DNA from: an uncultured virus (IMG/VR IMGVR_UViG_3300048796_000130)
Taxonomy: Duplodnaviria > Heunggongvirae > Uroviricota > Caudoviricetes
Strand: one strand, 5' to 3'
Length of the DNA: 20,000 nucleotides
IMG/VR virus record: IMGVR_UViG_3300048796_000130
Shown here piece after piece: positions 1 to 7,417 of this stretch (its first letter is position 1; each line of letters begins with the position of its first letter). The notes under the pieces were generated by a model. The model made no database searches. It worked only from the letters and a program-made list of their open reading frames with translations, and was not told where the DNA came from. The position numbers and the translations under genes are program-made.

Positions 1-125
1 CACTCCTGAATCTCCACGTACTTGGCGAACTTGCTGGCGCTGATCAGGACCAGGGCGCCGCCGCTGGCGTTGACGTCGACGAGGGTCCGCTTGGGGTTGG
101 TTTGGCGGGTTGTGGGTTCGGTCAT
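1..125 (-). CDS. Hypothetical protein, 5' part only (MTEPTTRQTNPKRTLVDVNASGGALVLISASKFAKYVEIQE...), running off the window edge
   Basis: ATG at 125 lies 4 nt after the stop of the upstream gene (130). The frame is open to the window start with GC-rich third positions. Translated by hand; not in the ORF track. Confidence 0.6.
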   Translation of the reverse strand, partial: MTEPTTRQTNPKRTLVDVNASGGALVLISASKFAKYVEIQE

Positions 126-129
126 GGGG

Positions 130-309
130 TTACGCTCTTTTCGGGTGGGCGCGGAGTTTGTGGAGTGGATGGTCTTTGTTCGCGGCGACGTGCCCGGGGA
201 GCTTCGAGAAATCCGTGGAGGCTTCCCACTCTTTCAACTTCTCGGGGCCGCCGATCTTCTCGGGGTGCGCCTCAAGAAAGCCTTGCTGGGCCGTGGACTT
301 GAACGGCAT
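130..309 (-). CDS. Small phage hypothetical protein (MPFKSTAQQGFLEAHPEK...), 59 aa
   Basis: GAGGAG RBS upstream of ATG 309. The MPFKSxAQ start is typical of small phage proteins. It shares a C-terminal motif with 481-858. Confidence 0.75.
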   Translation of the reverse strand: MPFKSTAQQGFLEAHPEKIGGPEKLKEWEASTDFSKLPGHVAANKDHPLHKLRAHPKRA

Positions 310-484
310 AACGCTCCTCACTGAATGGGGCCATGCGTCTACGAGGTTGCCCGGTGTCCAGCCCGAACGGGTCTTGCCGCTCCTGCACTTTCTTGTAGGG
401 GCACAGTTCGCTGTCTTCGCGATGGCCGGTGGCTCCGCACGTCGCGCAGGGACGGAAGCGCGGGTTGGAGTTGACGTAACTCAT
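272..484 (-). CDS. Small protein with a Zn-knuckle-like motif (CATCGATGH...C)
   Basis: ATGA overlap with the stop of 481-858 and a CxxC-x4-H-x6-C pattern. The 3' end overlaps the next gene by 38 nt. Confidence 0.55.
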   Translation of the reverse strand: MSYVNSNPRFRPCATCGATGHREDSELCPYKKVQERQDPFGLDTGQPRRRMAPFSEERYAVQVHGPARLS

Positions 485-858
485 CCCATCCGTTTCGGTT
501 TCGCCCGCAACTGCTGCAGGGGATGATCCGCACCAGCACTCTCTGGCATGCTGCCGCCAGGTTCGCCGCCGCTTTGTGATTCGGAGCCGAACTGGCAATT
601 GCCGCAACTAAACGCTTGGGTCGATTGATCCTGTGGCTCGAACTCGTTGCAGCAACCGAGATCGAGCGAGACTCCGCCTTCGACGTCGACCTTCGAGCAG
701 TCGCCGTCCTTCTGAGCGCCGGCCAATTCCATGTAGCCGGCTTGCTCTTGGGGAATCTTTGCGGTGTTGTTGGGAGGCGCGGACGGACCCGTGCCTGCCG
801 CTGTGGTTGCAGCGGAAGGGGCGGACCCGCCCGGCATTCCAGGGAAAGAAGAAGCCAT
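481..858 (-). CDS. Hypothetical protein, 125 aa, with low-complexity ends and a Cys-rich core
   Basis: AAGGCGG RBS-like sequence just after the stop of the upstream gene. Core motif C..CCNEF..CGNCQF. Confidence 0.75.
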   Translation of the reverse strand: MASSFPGMPGGSAPSAATTAAGTGPSAPPNNTAKIPQEQAGYMELAGAQKDGDCSKVDVEGGVSLDLGCCNEFEPQDQSTQAFSCGNCQFGSESQSGGEPGGSMPESAGADHPLQQLRAKPKRMG

Positions 859-873
859 CGGAGACCGCCTTTT

Positions 874-2553
874 TTAGAGAACTTCGATGTGGAGGTCGAT
901 TAACTGCGGAGGCGTGGTCGATTCTGCCGCCGTGGTCTGCAGGAATTCGACGAAGATCAAATCCTGATCGAGCACGTCGGCAGTGATCGCTGCGGTCGCT
1001 GATTCCACTGCCAGGTTGCCGGTGGTGGTTCCAGCCTGCAACTGCTCAAGCATGAAACCGCCGGGCATAATGGAGCCGGTCGTTCCTGTGCCATTCACGG
1101 TCATGGTGCAATCGAGATGGAGTTTGATCGCAGCCGTGCCTGTGGCCGTGGTTTCGGTATCGGTGCAGACGGCTTTCGGCGTTCCTGTGGTGAAATCGGT
1201 AGTGTCGCCGATCCCGGTCAGGAGTTGGATGGTGCCGCCGGTCGAGGGCGTCAGGGTGACGTTGCCGGTGATGTGGAGTGTCGCCGGGATGAAATTGAGA
1301 TACCCGGGCGGCAAAGCCACTGTACCCAGCACCACCGCCTGTCCCGCAGTCAAAGCCGGGGCGACGGTGAACGGCCCGTAGTTCTGCTCAAAACCCACGA
1401 AAGGCCGCGGCGAGGGCGCGTAGGCGTAGGTGGTATGAGTCTCGAAGTTCGGGTTGTAAGCCGCTGCCACGCCTCCTGGGAAGGGATACAGCGCAAAGGT
1501 GGTCAGTGGCTTTGGAACAAAGGCGTTCGACCCCGTCTGGCCATAGGTGGCGTTGGTCACGGCGCAGGCCGGCACGATTGTTTCAATCGGGGTCAAGGTG
1601 CAATAGGTCGAGCTGGCCGGGAACCAGTAGGCCGTGGCATACGAGAGCCCGATGCCGAAGACGTAACCCACCGCACCGGTAGAAGCTGCGGGCGCGACGA
1701 TCTCGATCTGCACGGCGCCGGCCGAGGTGTAGTTCGCGGTGGCCGATGCCTTGCCCACGTTGCCCAGGGCATCGACATATGCGACCCAGCCATACTGCGC
1801 GGCGTTGGTGAAGCCGCCGGAAGCGACGGCAATCGAGGTATCGCAAAAGGTGTGTGTGCTGGTGCAGTTCGAGGCGGAGCCCACCAAGGTCGTGGGCTGT
1901 GCGAGAGCCGTCAGTCCGGAGGGTTGCGGATTCCAGTATTGCACTCCACTCCAGGACGTCGCGGTCGCACCGGGGCCAGCCGGGGCGCGTAAGTCAACGA
2001 GTTGGACGCCTGGATAGACCAGGGCCGCGGTCAACTGCGCGTTGGTGATCTGCGAGGTTGACTCGATCACCACATCGCCGATGCCTTTCGCCATGGCGTA
2101 GTTCATCGCTTCTTCGAGTCCGCCGTCGTTCGAGCTGACCGAGAACCCAGGGTTCGAATGCGTGTTCGCGAAGGTTGCGGTGAAGGTGCAGTTGTACGGG
2201 CTCACCGTCGAAGGACCGGTAACGACTGTCGGCTGCGTCACGGAGGTTGGCGTGACCGCTTCCGAGTTGGTTCCGTCGGTGATGTAGAGCGGCACGTTCA
2301 CTGCGATGGGATAGAACTCCTCGTAGCCGGTGCCGACTTTGATGTAGCAGCCGTTGAGCGTGACCGTCTGCGCGCCGGACGAGATGCCGGTCTGCGACTG
2401 AAACGCCCACTTGCCGAATTCGTCCGCCATCACCGCACCGTTGGCGTTGGCGGGGAATTTCGCATTCGCGAAGCTCTGGCCGAACGCAAGGCTGGTTGCG
2501 AGCAGCAGGAGTATTGAAACGACCGCGTGAATAGTGGGTTTGAGCGACTTCAT
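874..2553 (-). CDS. Exported or virion-associated Thr/Ala/Gly-rich beta-rich protein, 559 aa, with an N-terminal signal peptide
   Basis: GGAGG RBS before ATG 2553. MKSLKPTIHAVVSILLLLATSLAFG|Q is a typical Sec signal. The ORF is long with strongly biased codons. Confidence 0.8.
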   Translation of the reverse strand: MKSLKPTIHAVVSILLLLATSLAFGQSFANAKFPANANGAVMADEFGKWAFQSQTGISSGAQTVTLNGCYIKVGTGYEEFYPIAVNVPLYITDGTNSEAVTPTSVTQPTVVTGPSTVSPYNCTFTATFANTHSNPGFSVSSNDGGLEEAMNYAMAKGIGDVVIESTSQITNAQLTAALVYPGVQLVDLRAPAGPGATATSWSGVQYWNPQPSGLTALAQPTTLVGSASNCTSTHTFCDTSIAVASGGFTNAAQYGWVAYVDALGNVGKASATANYTSAGAVQIEIVAPAASTGAVGYVFGIGLSYATAYWFPASSTYCTLTPIETIVPACAVTNATYGQTGSNAFVPKPLTTFALYPFPGGVAAAYNPNFETHTTYAYAPSPRPFVGFEQNYGPFTVAPALTAGQAVVLGTVALPPGYLNFIPATLHITGNVTLTPSTGGTIQLLTGIGDTTDFTTGTPKAVCTDTETTATGTAAIKLHLDCTMTVNGTGTTGSIMPGGFMLEQLQAGTTTGNLAVESATAAITADVLDQDLIFVEFLQTTAAESTTPPQLIDLHIEVL

Positions 2554-2612
2554 GTTGCCTCCGAATGGGTTTTTTGTGAGCTTTTTGTACCTAGTGAAAA
2601 CCAAGCGAAAAC

Positions 2613-3278
2613 CTAGTTGCCGGATTGCGTCGAAATCGATGCGGAATGCTGCGAACGCCGCCACAGTGTTGTGCGCGATGGGCCTTGTTCGCCGATTTTG
2701 GGGCCGGGACGTTTTGCGCCTCGTTTGCGCATGCCGGCGCAGATGCGCTCGGCGATCAGGCTGCGTTCAAACTCTGCGACGGCACCGAGGATGGTGAACA
2801 CGAGTTTGCCGTACAGCGTTGAGGTATCCACCGATTCGGTGAGAGAAATGAAAGCGATTCCGTCCGACTGGAAACTTTCGAGAGCTGCGAGCAGGTGCTT
2901 CGTGGATCTCGCGAAGCGGTCAAACTTCCAAACCACCACGGCATCGAAATCCTGCCGGCCGCGTTTGGCGTCGGCCATGAGCTGATCCAGCTCGGGCCGC
3001 GATTCGGTGGCGCCGCTCCATCCTTTGTCGACGTACTCTTTCGTAACCACCCAGCCGCGGGAAGCACACATTTGCCGGAGCGGTTGGAGTTGGGCTTCCG
3101 GATCCTGGCCCTTGAATGCATGATCGAGTCGGCCGGTCTCGCCATTTGCGTCGAGGTCAGCTCGAGGATGCAGCCGTTCGCTCTTGCCGCAGACCTGGCA
3201 AATATCCTTGGAAACCCTTGCATATAAAGCCACTTGGCGGATGACCGCCGCTACCGTCTCTTTGCTATTGCGTTGCAT
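2613..3278 (-). CDS. Small serine recombinase (resolvase/invertase family)
   Basis: Motifs YARVS (catalytic Ser), YVDKGWSGATESRPELDQLM, VVVWKFDRFARS and DTSTLYGKLVFTILGAVAEFERSLIAERI. Confidence 0.95.
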   Translation of the reverse strand: MQRNSKETVAAVIRQVALYARVSKDICQVCGKSERLHPRADLDANGETGRLDHAFKGQDPEAQLQPLRQMCASRGWVVTKEYVDKGWSGATESRPELDQLMADAKRGRQDFDAVVVWKFDRFARSTKHLLAALESFQSDGIAFISLTESVDTSTLYGKLVFTILGAVAEFERSLIAERICAGMRKRGAKRPGPKIGEQGPSRTTLWRRSQHSASISTQSGN

Positions 3279-3320
3279 TGAAAGGGGTTAGCTGTGTTTA
3301 CTAAGTAGTACAATGGCGTG

Positions 3321-3333
3321 TAAGTCGTTGATT
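3321..3333 (-). promoter_or_regulatory. IHF consensus binding site upstream of the serine recombinase
   Basis: The minus strand reads AATCAACGACTTA, an exact match to WATCAANNNNTTR, within an AT-rich intergenic stretch. Confidence 0.55.
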
Positions 3334-3483
3334 TTCCAATTCACGTGAATTGGAACGGGCGTGCAACAATTGAAACAGGGAAACCCCCCCGAAACGAGGG
3401 TTCGCGGTCCTCTTCGCCGCTTCCGGAGCTGGCTAGAACCGGGTCTTGTGACTCGCTTTGCTGGCGCGAGGAGCAGAGCTGCT

Positions 3484-3735
3484 TCACGCCACCACGCTCT
3501 CGCTCCGCGACACCCGCAGCGACGAACTTAAGGAATTCAGGAAGAGCCGGCGGGATTCGACGCGCCAGGCGTCGAAGGCTAAAGGGGGCGTTTCGAGGAT
3601 CCCGCAATAAGCTCGGTAGGTTTCGTAGGCCTGGGCTTCGTTGCGGTCGGGAGAGGTGACGCGGACGAGAACAGCGGTCGGGGTTTTAATCGAGGAGGGC
3701 GGAATCGACCGGACCGCGTTGGCAGAGGATCTCAT
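3484..3735 (-). CDS. Hypothetical protein, 83 aa
   Basis: Follows the upstream stop by 6 nt in the same-strand gene chain. Confidence 0.5.
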   Translation of the reverse strand: MRSSANAVRSIPPSSIKTPTAVLVRVTSPDRNEAQAYETYRAYCGILETPPLAFDAWRVESRRLFLNSLSSSLRVSRSESVVA

Positions 3736-3741
3736 TCGAAA

Positions 3742-3939
3742 TCAGGCGGCTTTCGGGATCTCGCGGTCTTCGCGCCGGCGCCGGGCCGGGGAAGGGAACT
3801 TGATGGGCTTCGAAACCAGTTCCCAGAGAGTTTCGATGTGGCGGAGTTGGCCCACGTAAGCCTCGTACCGTTCAACCCATGGGCTAACTGGCGGGTAATG
3901 CCCTCTGCCGGATTTCGGAGGACGACCGAGGCGCTTCAT
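3742..3939 (-). CDS. Small basic hypothetical protein with an AT-hook-like GRPPK start
   Basis: ATGA overlap with 3936-4166. Confidence 0.6.
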   Translation of the reverse strand: MKRLGRPPKSGRGHYPPVSPWVERYEAYVGQLRHIETLWELVSKPIKFPSPARRRREDREIPKAA

Positions 3940-4166
3940 GCGTACAGTCCTGCCAGTGTATCCAGTCGCTTGCGGTCAACCGGGCGGAGAGAGTCGCTGC
4001 CTCTTCCCAGTTTGCGGTCGAGAAGCCTCTCCCAGATGAAGTCAACCGCGTTCTGCACGTAGCGCGGATCGGCGGTGAGGCGGGCGCGGGCCAGGCGGCG
4101 CAATTCAACCTCTCTATTGGCGCGTAGCTCTAATCGCTTCTCTCGTTCGTATTGCTGTTCGGTCAT
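3936..4166 (-). CDS. Hypothetical protein, 76 aa
   Basis: ATGA overlaps at both ends. Confidence 0.7.
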   Translation of the reverse strand: MTEQQYEREKRLELRANREVELRRLARARLTADPRYVQNAVDFIWERLLDRKLGRGSDSLRPVDRKRLDTLAGLYA

Positions 4167-4483
4167 CGGAATAGCTGATAGAGGTAGGCGGCGATCTCTG
4201 GGGCTCGCATCAGAACTGCGGTCACGATAGCCACCACAATCGAGTTCCGGAGCTTCAGGTTGTAGACATCGTGCTGCACCTGTCCCACGGAAGCCTGGAC
4301 GCCGCGGATGTGATTGCCCTGGACGTTCACGGCTTCGAGCAGCGCTTCCGGCCGGGCATGTTGGGGAGTCATGTACTGGGCGCGGCGGTCGATCTGCTTA
4401 TAGGTGCCGATTCGCTTGGCCCGTTCGATGGCTTCGCGGTCGCAGTCGGAGATGGGGGGATCGGTGGGCAAGGTGAAGCTCAC
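4163..4483 (-). CDS. Small protein with a C-terminal transmembrane helix
   Basis: GTGA/ATGA overlaps at both ends. Hydrophobic segment SIVVAIVTAVLM follows a helical stretch. Confidence 0.7.
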   Translation of the reverse strand: MSFTLPTDPPISDCDREAIERAKRIGTYKQIDRRAQYMTPQHARPEALLEAVNVQGNHIRGVQASVGQVQHDVYNLKLRNSIVVAIVTAVLMRAPEIAAYLYQLFR

Positions 4484-4860
4484 GCTTGAGAGAATTCCTC
4501 GAACTCGTCCGAGAGCCTGTAGCCAAAGGCTCGGATGGTAAGAATGCGCCGAGCGCCGATTTTCTCCCGCACCAGGTTGACTAGAACGGCCAAGCGGTTT
4601 GTGCCCGGATCGAAGTCAATCTTCCACACGCCCAGCATCAGCACGTCTTCAGCGACGCCGCGCGGGGCGTTGCGCATCAGGATCTCCAGTAATCGAAACT
4701 CGTTGCGCGAGAGTTCCGCGATCTTCCCGTCAGGCAACTGCACTTCATGGTCGTAGCGGTCCAGGCGGAGGCGGGCGATCTCCACGAAGCGTCCGCACTC
4801 GCCGCCGCGCAAGCAGGCGCGAGTCTCGGAAACTGTTTCGCCGCTCTTGGTCAGTAGCAT
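4480..4860 (-). CDS. Stand-alone OmpR/PhoB-type winged-helix DNA-binding protein (no receiver domain)
   Basis: LRLDRYDHEV...LSRNEFRLLEILMRN...VWKIDFDPGTNRLAVLVNLVREKIG..ILTIRAFGYRL matches the Trans_reg_C pattern. Confidence 0.9.
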   Translation of the reverse strand: MLLTKSGETVSETRACLRGGECGRFVEIARLRLDRYDHEVQLPDGKIAELSRNEFRLLEILMRNAPRGVAEDVLMLGVWKIDFDPGTNRLAVLVNLVREKIGARRILTIRAFGYRLSDEFEEFSQA

Positions 4861-4865
4861 GGAGT

Positions 4866-5225
4866 TTACGCGATGGCTGAAGCGGGTACGGGACGCACGG
4901 GGAGAACCTGGTGCAGGAAGAAGCTGCGCGAAGAGGGATGGAGCAGCTTGCGGTGGTGACGGGCGAAAATCGATCGATCTCCGGCCATCGGGGTTTCGTA
5001 GTGCAGCTTGTCTCCGTAGCAGTGGGGCTTTGAAAAGGGGAGTAAGTTGCCGACGCCGAGGGGTCCGTCAAGAAATCCGATGCGACCGAGACCTGGCTCC
5101 CGCAGGAATATTTCGTCGAACCCGCCGTCTGGACGCGGACGCAGCCCGGTACTTTCACGGGCGATGGAGAGCTTCAGGAAATGATGGAAGCGATTGTTGC
5201 GAAAGATGGGAGCTTGTTGAGACAC
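4866..5225 (-). CDS. Possible hypothetical protein, 119 aa
   Basis: Fills the gap and stops 5 nt before the wHTH gene. No recognisable motif or clear RBS. Confidence 0.35.
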   Translation of the reverse strand: MSQQAPIFRNNRFHHFLKLSIARESTGLRPRPDGGFDEIFLREPGLGRIGFLDGPLGVGNLLPFSKPHCYGDKLHYETPMAGDRSIFARHHRKLLHPSSRSFFLHQVLPVRPVPASAIA

Positions 5226-5402
5226 GTGTCCGAGGGTAGCTCGATTGAGCTGTAGCCCGACTTGTAGCGCGCGGGTTGCGCAGAAGCAGGGCGGCGGGAC
5301 AATAGCGAGAAGACGTTGGGCGTCAGAGACGCGGCGCTTAGGGTCACTGGTCCGCCGCCCATGTCAGGGGTTAAGGTATGGTCAAAACAGGACAGAGACA
5401 AG

Positions 5403-5642
5403 TTACCGACGTGCTGTGTCGTTCGGAAGCAGATCGGATTCGCGGCTGGAGGCGCGGATGTCATAACGCTTCGAAAGTCCGGCGATGGCGTACTCCATCA
5501 GGGCGGCGATGGTGGGTTCGCAGCCTTCCCGCCGGAAACATTCGAGCACCGGGTCAGTCATGTTGGTGACCGCAGAGGCCAACTGCACCCCTCCAGCGGA
5601 AGTTACGAGACTGTTCTTCCAAGTATCGAAGGCCTTGGACAT
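5403..5642 (-). CDS. Hypothetical protein, 79 aa
   Basis: AGGAGG RBS upstream of ATG 5642. Confidence 0.65.
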   Translation of the reverse strand: MSKAFDTWKNSLVTSAGGVQLASAVTNMTDPVLECFRREGCEPTIAALMEYAIAGLSKRYDIRASSRESDLLPNDTARR

Positions 5643-5833
5643 AGATCGACCCTCCTGTCGGCTGTGGGATCAAGTTTGGCCGATCCAGGGGGGCCGAGTC
5701 TGAGCAAAATTGATCATGGGGAAAGCCTCCGTTGATGAGGCCATGGTTGCGTAATTGGGATAGGAGAGGGAAGTGACGAGGGTGGTTCCTTATATTTTAT
5801 GAAGTTCGGCCCGAGCGGGAGCAGCAGGGGTCC

Positions 5834-6016
5834 CTACCCGCGATCAGCGCTGGTCGTGGCGAGGCACCGACCGATCCACCACCGATTAAGTGAAATGGAG
5901 ACCGCTGCTGTCAGCGCTCCCGCCAGCGCACAAAGCCAGTCACCCAGCATCCGTCCTATGAGGCCGATCAACGCGGAAGCGGCGAGGATGATGAGCCAGG
6001 TTGAGAGACGATTCAC
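5834..6016 (-). CDS. Small two-helix membrane protein
   Basis: GTGA overlap with 6013-6246 and two hydrophobic segments. Confidence 0.55.
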   Translation of the reverse strand: MNRLSTWLIILAASALIGLIGRMLGDWLCALAGALTAAVSISLNRWWIGRCLATTSADRG

Positions 6017-6246
6017 AGAGTAGCCTTGGTGTCTTTCTTCGCCAGTTTGCCGGCGGCTTTCCGGGCTTTAGCGAGCAGATTCTTCGCACCTTCGTTTAAC
6101 TCTTTCAGTTCGGCGCGTTGTTTCGCCCAGCGGGCTTCGGCGGCATTGCGGGCGGAGTCTTTACGTTGCTGTGCGGTTTGGTTTTGCACGCGCGCCTTTC
6201 CACCACGCCTCCCGAGTGATACGGCTGCAGGATTCTTAGGCGACAT
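6013..6246 (-). CDS. Small basic putative DNA-binding protein of the 'KNPAAVxLGRxGGKAR...ARxAAxARW' type
   Basis: Recognisable motif KNPAAVSLGRRGGKAR-x9-KDSARNAAEARW and a Lys/Ala-rich tail. It is the first gene of the leftward block. Confidence 0.85.
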   Translation of the reverse strand: MSPKNPAAVSLGRRGGKARVQNQTAQQRKDSARNAAEARWAKQRAELKELNEGAKNLLAKARKAAGKLAKKDTKATL

Positions 6247-6279
6247 TCTTATCTTTTATCACACGCGTTTAGCCTTGGA

Positions 6280-6295
6280 TGCGAAGCGGTTCGTA
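6280..6295. promoter_or_regulatory. Operator-like palindrome, degenerate copy
   Basis: TGCGAAGCGGTTCGTA matches the perfect palindrome at 6332-6347 at 14 of 16 positions. Confidence 0.65.
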
Positions 6296-6324
6296 AGCTA
6301 TAGAAACAAGGGCGAATATAGTCC

Positions 6325-6353
6325 TTGACATTGCGAAGCGCTTCGCATACAGT
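6325..6353 (+). promoter_or_regulatory. Sigma70-type promoter with a perfect 16-bp palindrome filling the spacer
   Basis: TTGACA (6325-6330), a 17-nt spacer, then TACAGT (6348-6353). The spacer contains TGCGAAGCGCTTCGCA (6332-6347). Confidence 0.85.
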
Positions 6354-6359
6354 GAGGAC

Positions 6360-6548
6360 ATGAACATCGATGAGCGCCTTCACCGATTAACCGAGCGACA
6401 CGAAGCCCTCACGCAAACCGTGGAGATGCTTACACAGGACATTCGCGAACTCAAGGAAGCGGCTGCGAGTTTACTGCGGGTTGCGGAGATTCACGAAACG
6501 CGGATTTCCCGTCTCGAAGGACAGGACGGGGACGAATTAACGCAGTAA
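6360..6548 (+). CDS. Small coiled-coil protein, probably translated from a leaderless mRNA
   Basis: Heptad pattern MNIDERLHRLTERHEALTQTVEML...HETRISRLEG. The ATG lies 7 nt after the -10 box. Confidence 0.8.
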   Translation: MNIDERLHRLTERHEALTQTVEMLTQDIRELKEAAASLLRVAEIHETRISRLEGQDGDELTQ

Positions 6549-6588
6549 AAAACACCCCGCGTGCGTGCTTGCAACACAGCACGCGAGG
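6547..6588 (-). terminator. Stem-loop that reads as an intrinsic terminator on the antisense (-) strand
   Basis: CGCGTGC-GTG-(CTTGCAA)-CAC-A-GCACGCG preceded by an A-run on +, i.e. followed by a U-run on -. Confidence 0.5.
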
Positions 6589-6624
6589 CTAAACACCATC
6601 AGCTCACCAATGGAGGGCAAGACG

Positions 6625-6834
6625 ATGACAGGCCAGTTTCCCGAAATCGAAGTACGAATGCAGACCGCGCTAATGGCGCTCAAGGACGCTCACGAGAAGG
6701 CCAACGCACGCTTTAAATTTTCCAATCTGGCCGATGAACTCGATCAGCTAGTCGAGCACGCCGAACATTTCCACGGAATGCTCACTCGCAACGGATACAA
6801 CGATATAGGAATGGAAACAGGCGAACTAATTTAA
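6625..6834 (+). CDS. Hypothetical protein, 69 aa
   Basis: GGAGGG RBS before ATG 6625. Confidence 0.7.
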   Translation: MTGQFPEIEVRMQTALMALKDAHEKANARFKFSNLADELDQLVEHAEHFHGMLTRNGYNDIGMETGELI

Positions 6835-6902
6835 CCGCCTCCGAGTAGGTATTCGACGTACCGGCTCGGAGGCTAAACAAATCCGACCACCCGAGGCCGA
6901 AA

Positions 6903-7163
6903 ATGTCTGCCAGCACTTTAGCACGTCCCGAGTCCGATCTCTCCGCGGTCCTCAATTCCTTCATTGAACGAATTCTCGCCAAACCAGTCTTAGGCACCTG
7001 CTGCTATGTCCGGGTCCACTCCCATGGGTTAACCGGAGAAGACGCGGAAATCTTCGAGTGCCCGGAAGCGGCCATTGTCCACGATCTGGTGTCCGACGAA
7101 GAGTATTGCGCGGCGCACTTCCGGGCGGTGTCGATTCTGAGGGCGTTAGAGGCGGTGCGCTGA
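6903..7163 (+). CDS. Hypothetical Cys-containing protein, 86 aa
   Basis: GAGG RBS and TGATG coupling to the next gene. Confidence 0.7.
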   Translation: MSASTLARPESDLSAVLNSFIERILAKPVLGTCCYVRVHSHGLTGEDAEIFECPEAAIVHDLVSDEEYCAAHFRAVSILRALEAVR

Positions 7164-7417
7164 TGGCTAAGAAACTCTCCGAGCGCAAGAGCCGTCTCGC
7201 GTTCACCACCGACGCCGAAGTCCGCTACCGGGGCAAGCTTCGAGCCGTGGTCATCGAAGTCGATAATCCGTACACCGCCAGCGTCCGTCTGGCAGGCACC
7301 CGGCAGCGCTATCCCTTCTCCTGGCACTGGCTCCATGACCAGGCCGCTGAACTCTTTGCCCGCAACGAGCGCGAGCGCCGCAAGAAGGAACGCGCAGAAC
7401 GGAAGGCGAGCCGATGA
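7163..7417 (+). CDS. Hypothetical basic protein, 84 aa (MAKKLSERKS...)
   Basis: TGATG and ATGA overlaps at its two ends. Confidence 0.75.
   Translation: MAKKLSERKSRLAFTTDAEVRYRGKLRAVVIEVDNPYTASVRLAGTRQRYPFSWHWLHDQAAELFARNERERRKKERAERKASR

Noticed and set aside
983..2517. Long + strand ORFs (e.g. 1117-1992, 291 aa) opposite the 559-aa gene
   Set aside because: These are antisense shadows expected from GC-rich codon bias. They have Arg/Gly-rich composition and no RBS or motifs.
2554..2664. N-terminal extension of the 596-aa ORF as given in the track
   Set aside because: It overlaps the recombinase 3' end. The RBS and signal peptide point to ATG 2553.
5670..5717. 15-codon ORF MINFAQTRPPWIGQT on the - strand with a GGAGG RBS
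   Set aside because: It is too short to support without conservation or translation data.
6837..6873. tRNA or tRNA fragment (TTCGA-containing loops here and at 11269-11288)
   Set aside because: These are single hairpins with no cloverleaf, anticodon arm or acceptor stem.
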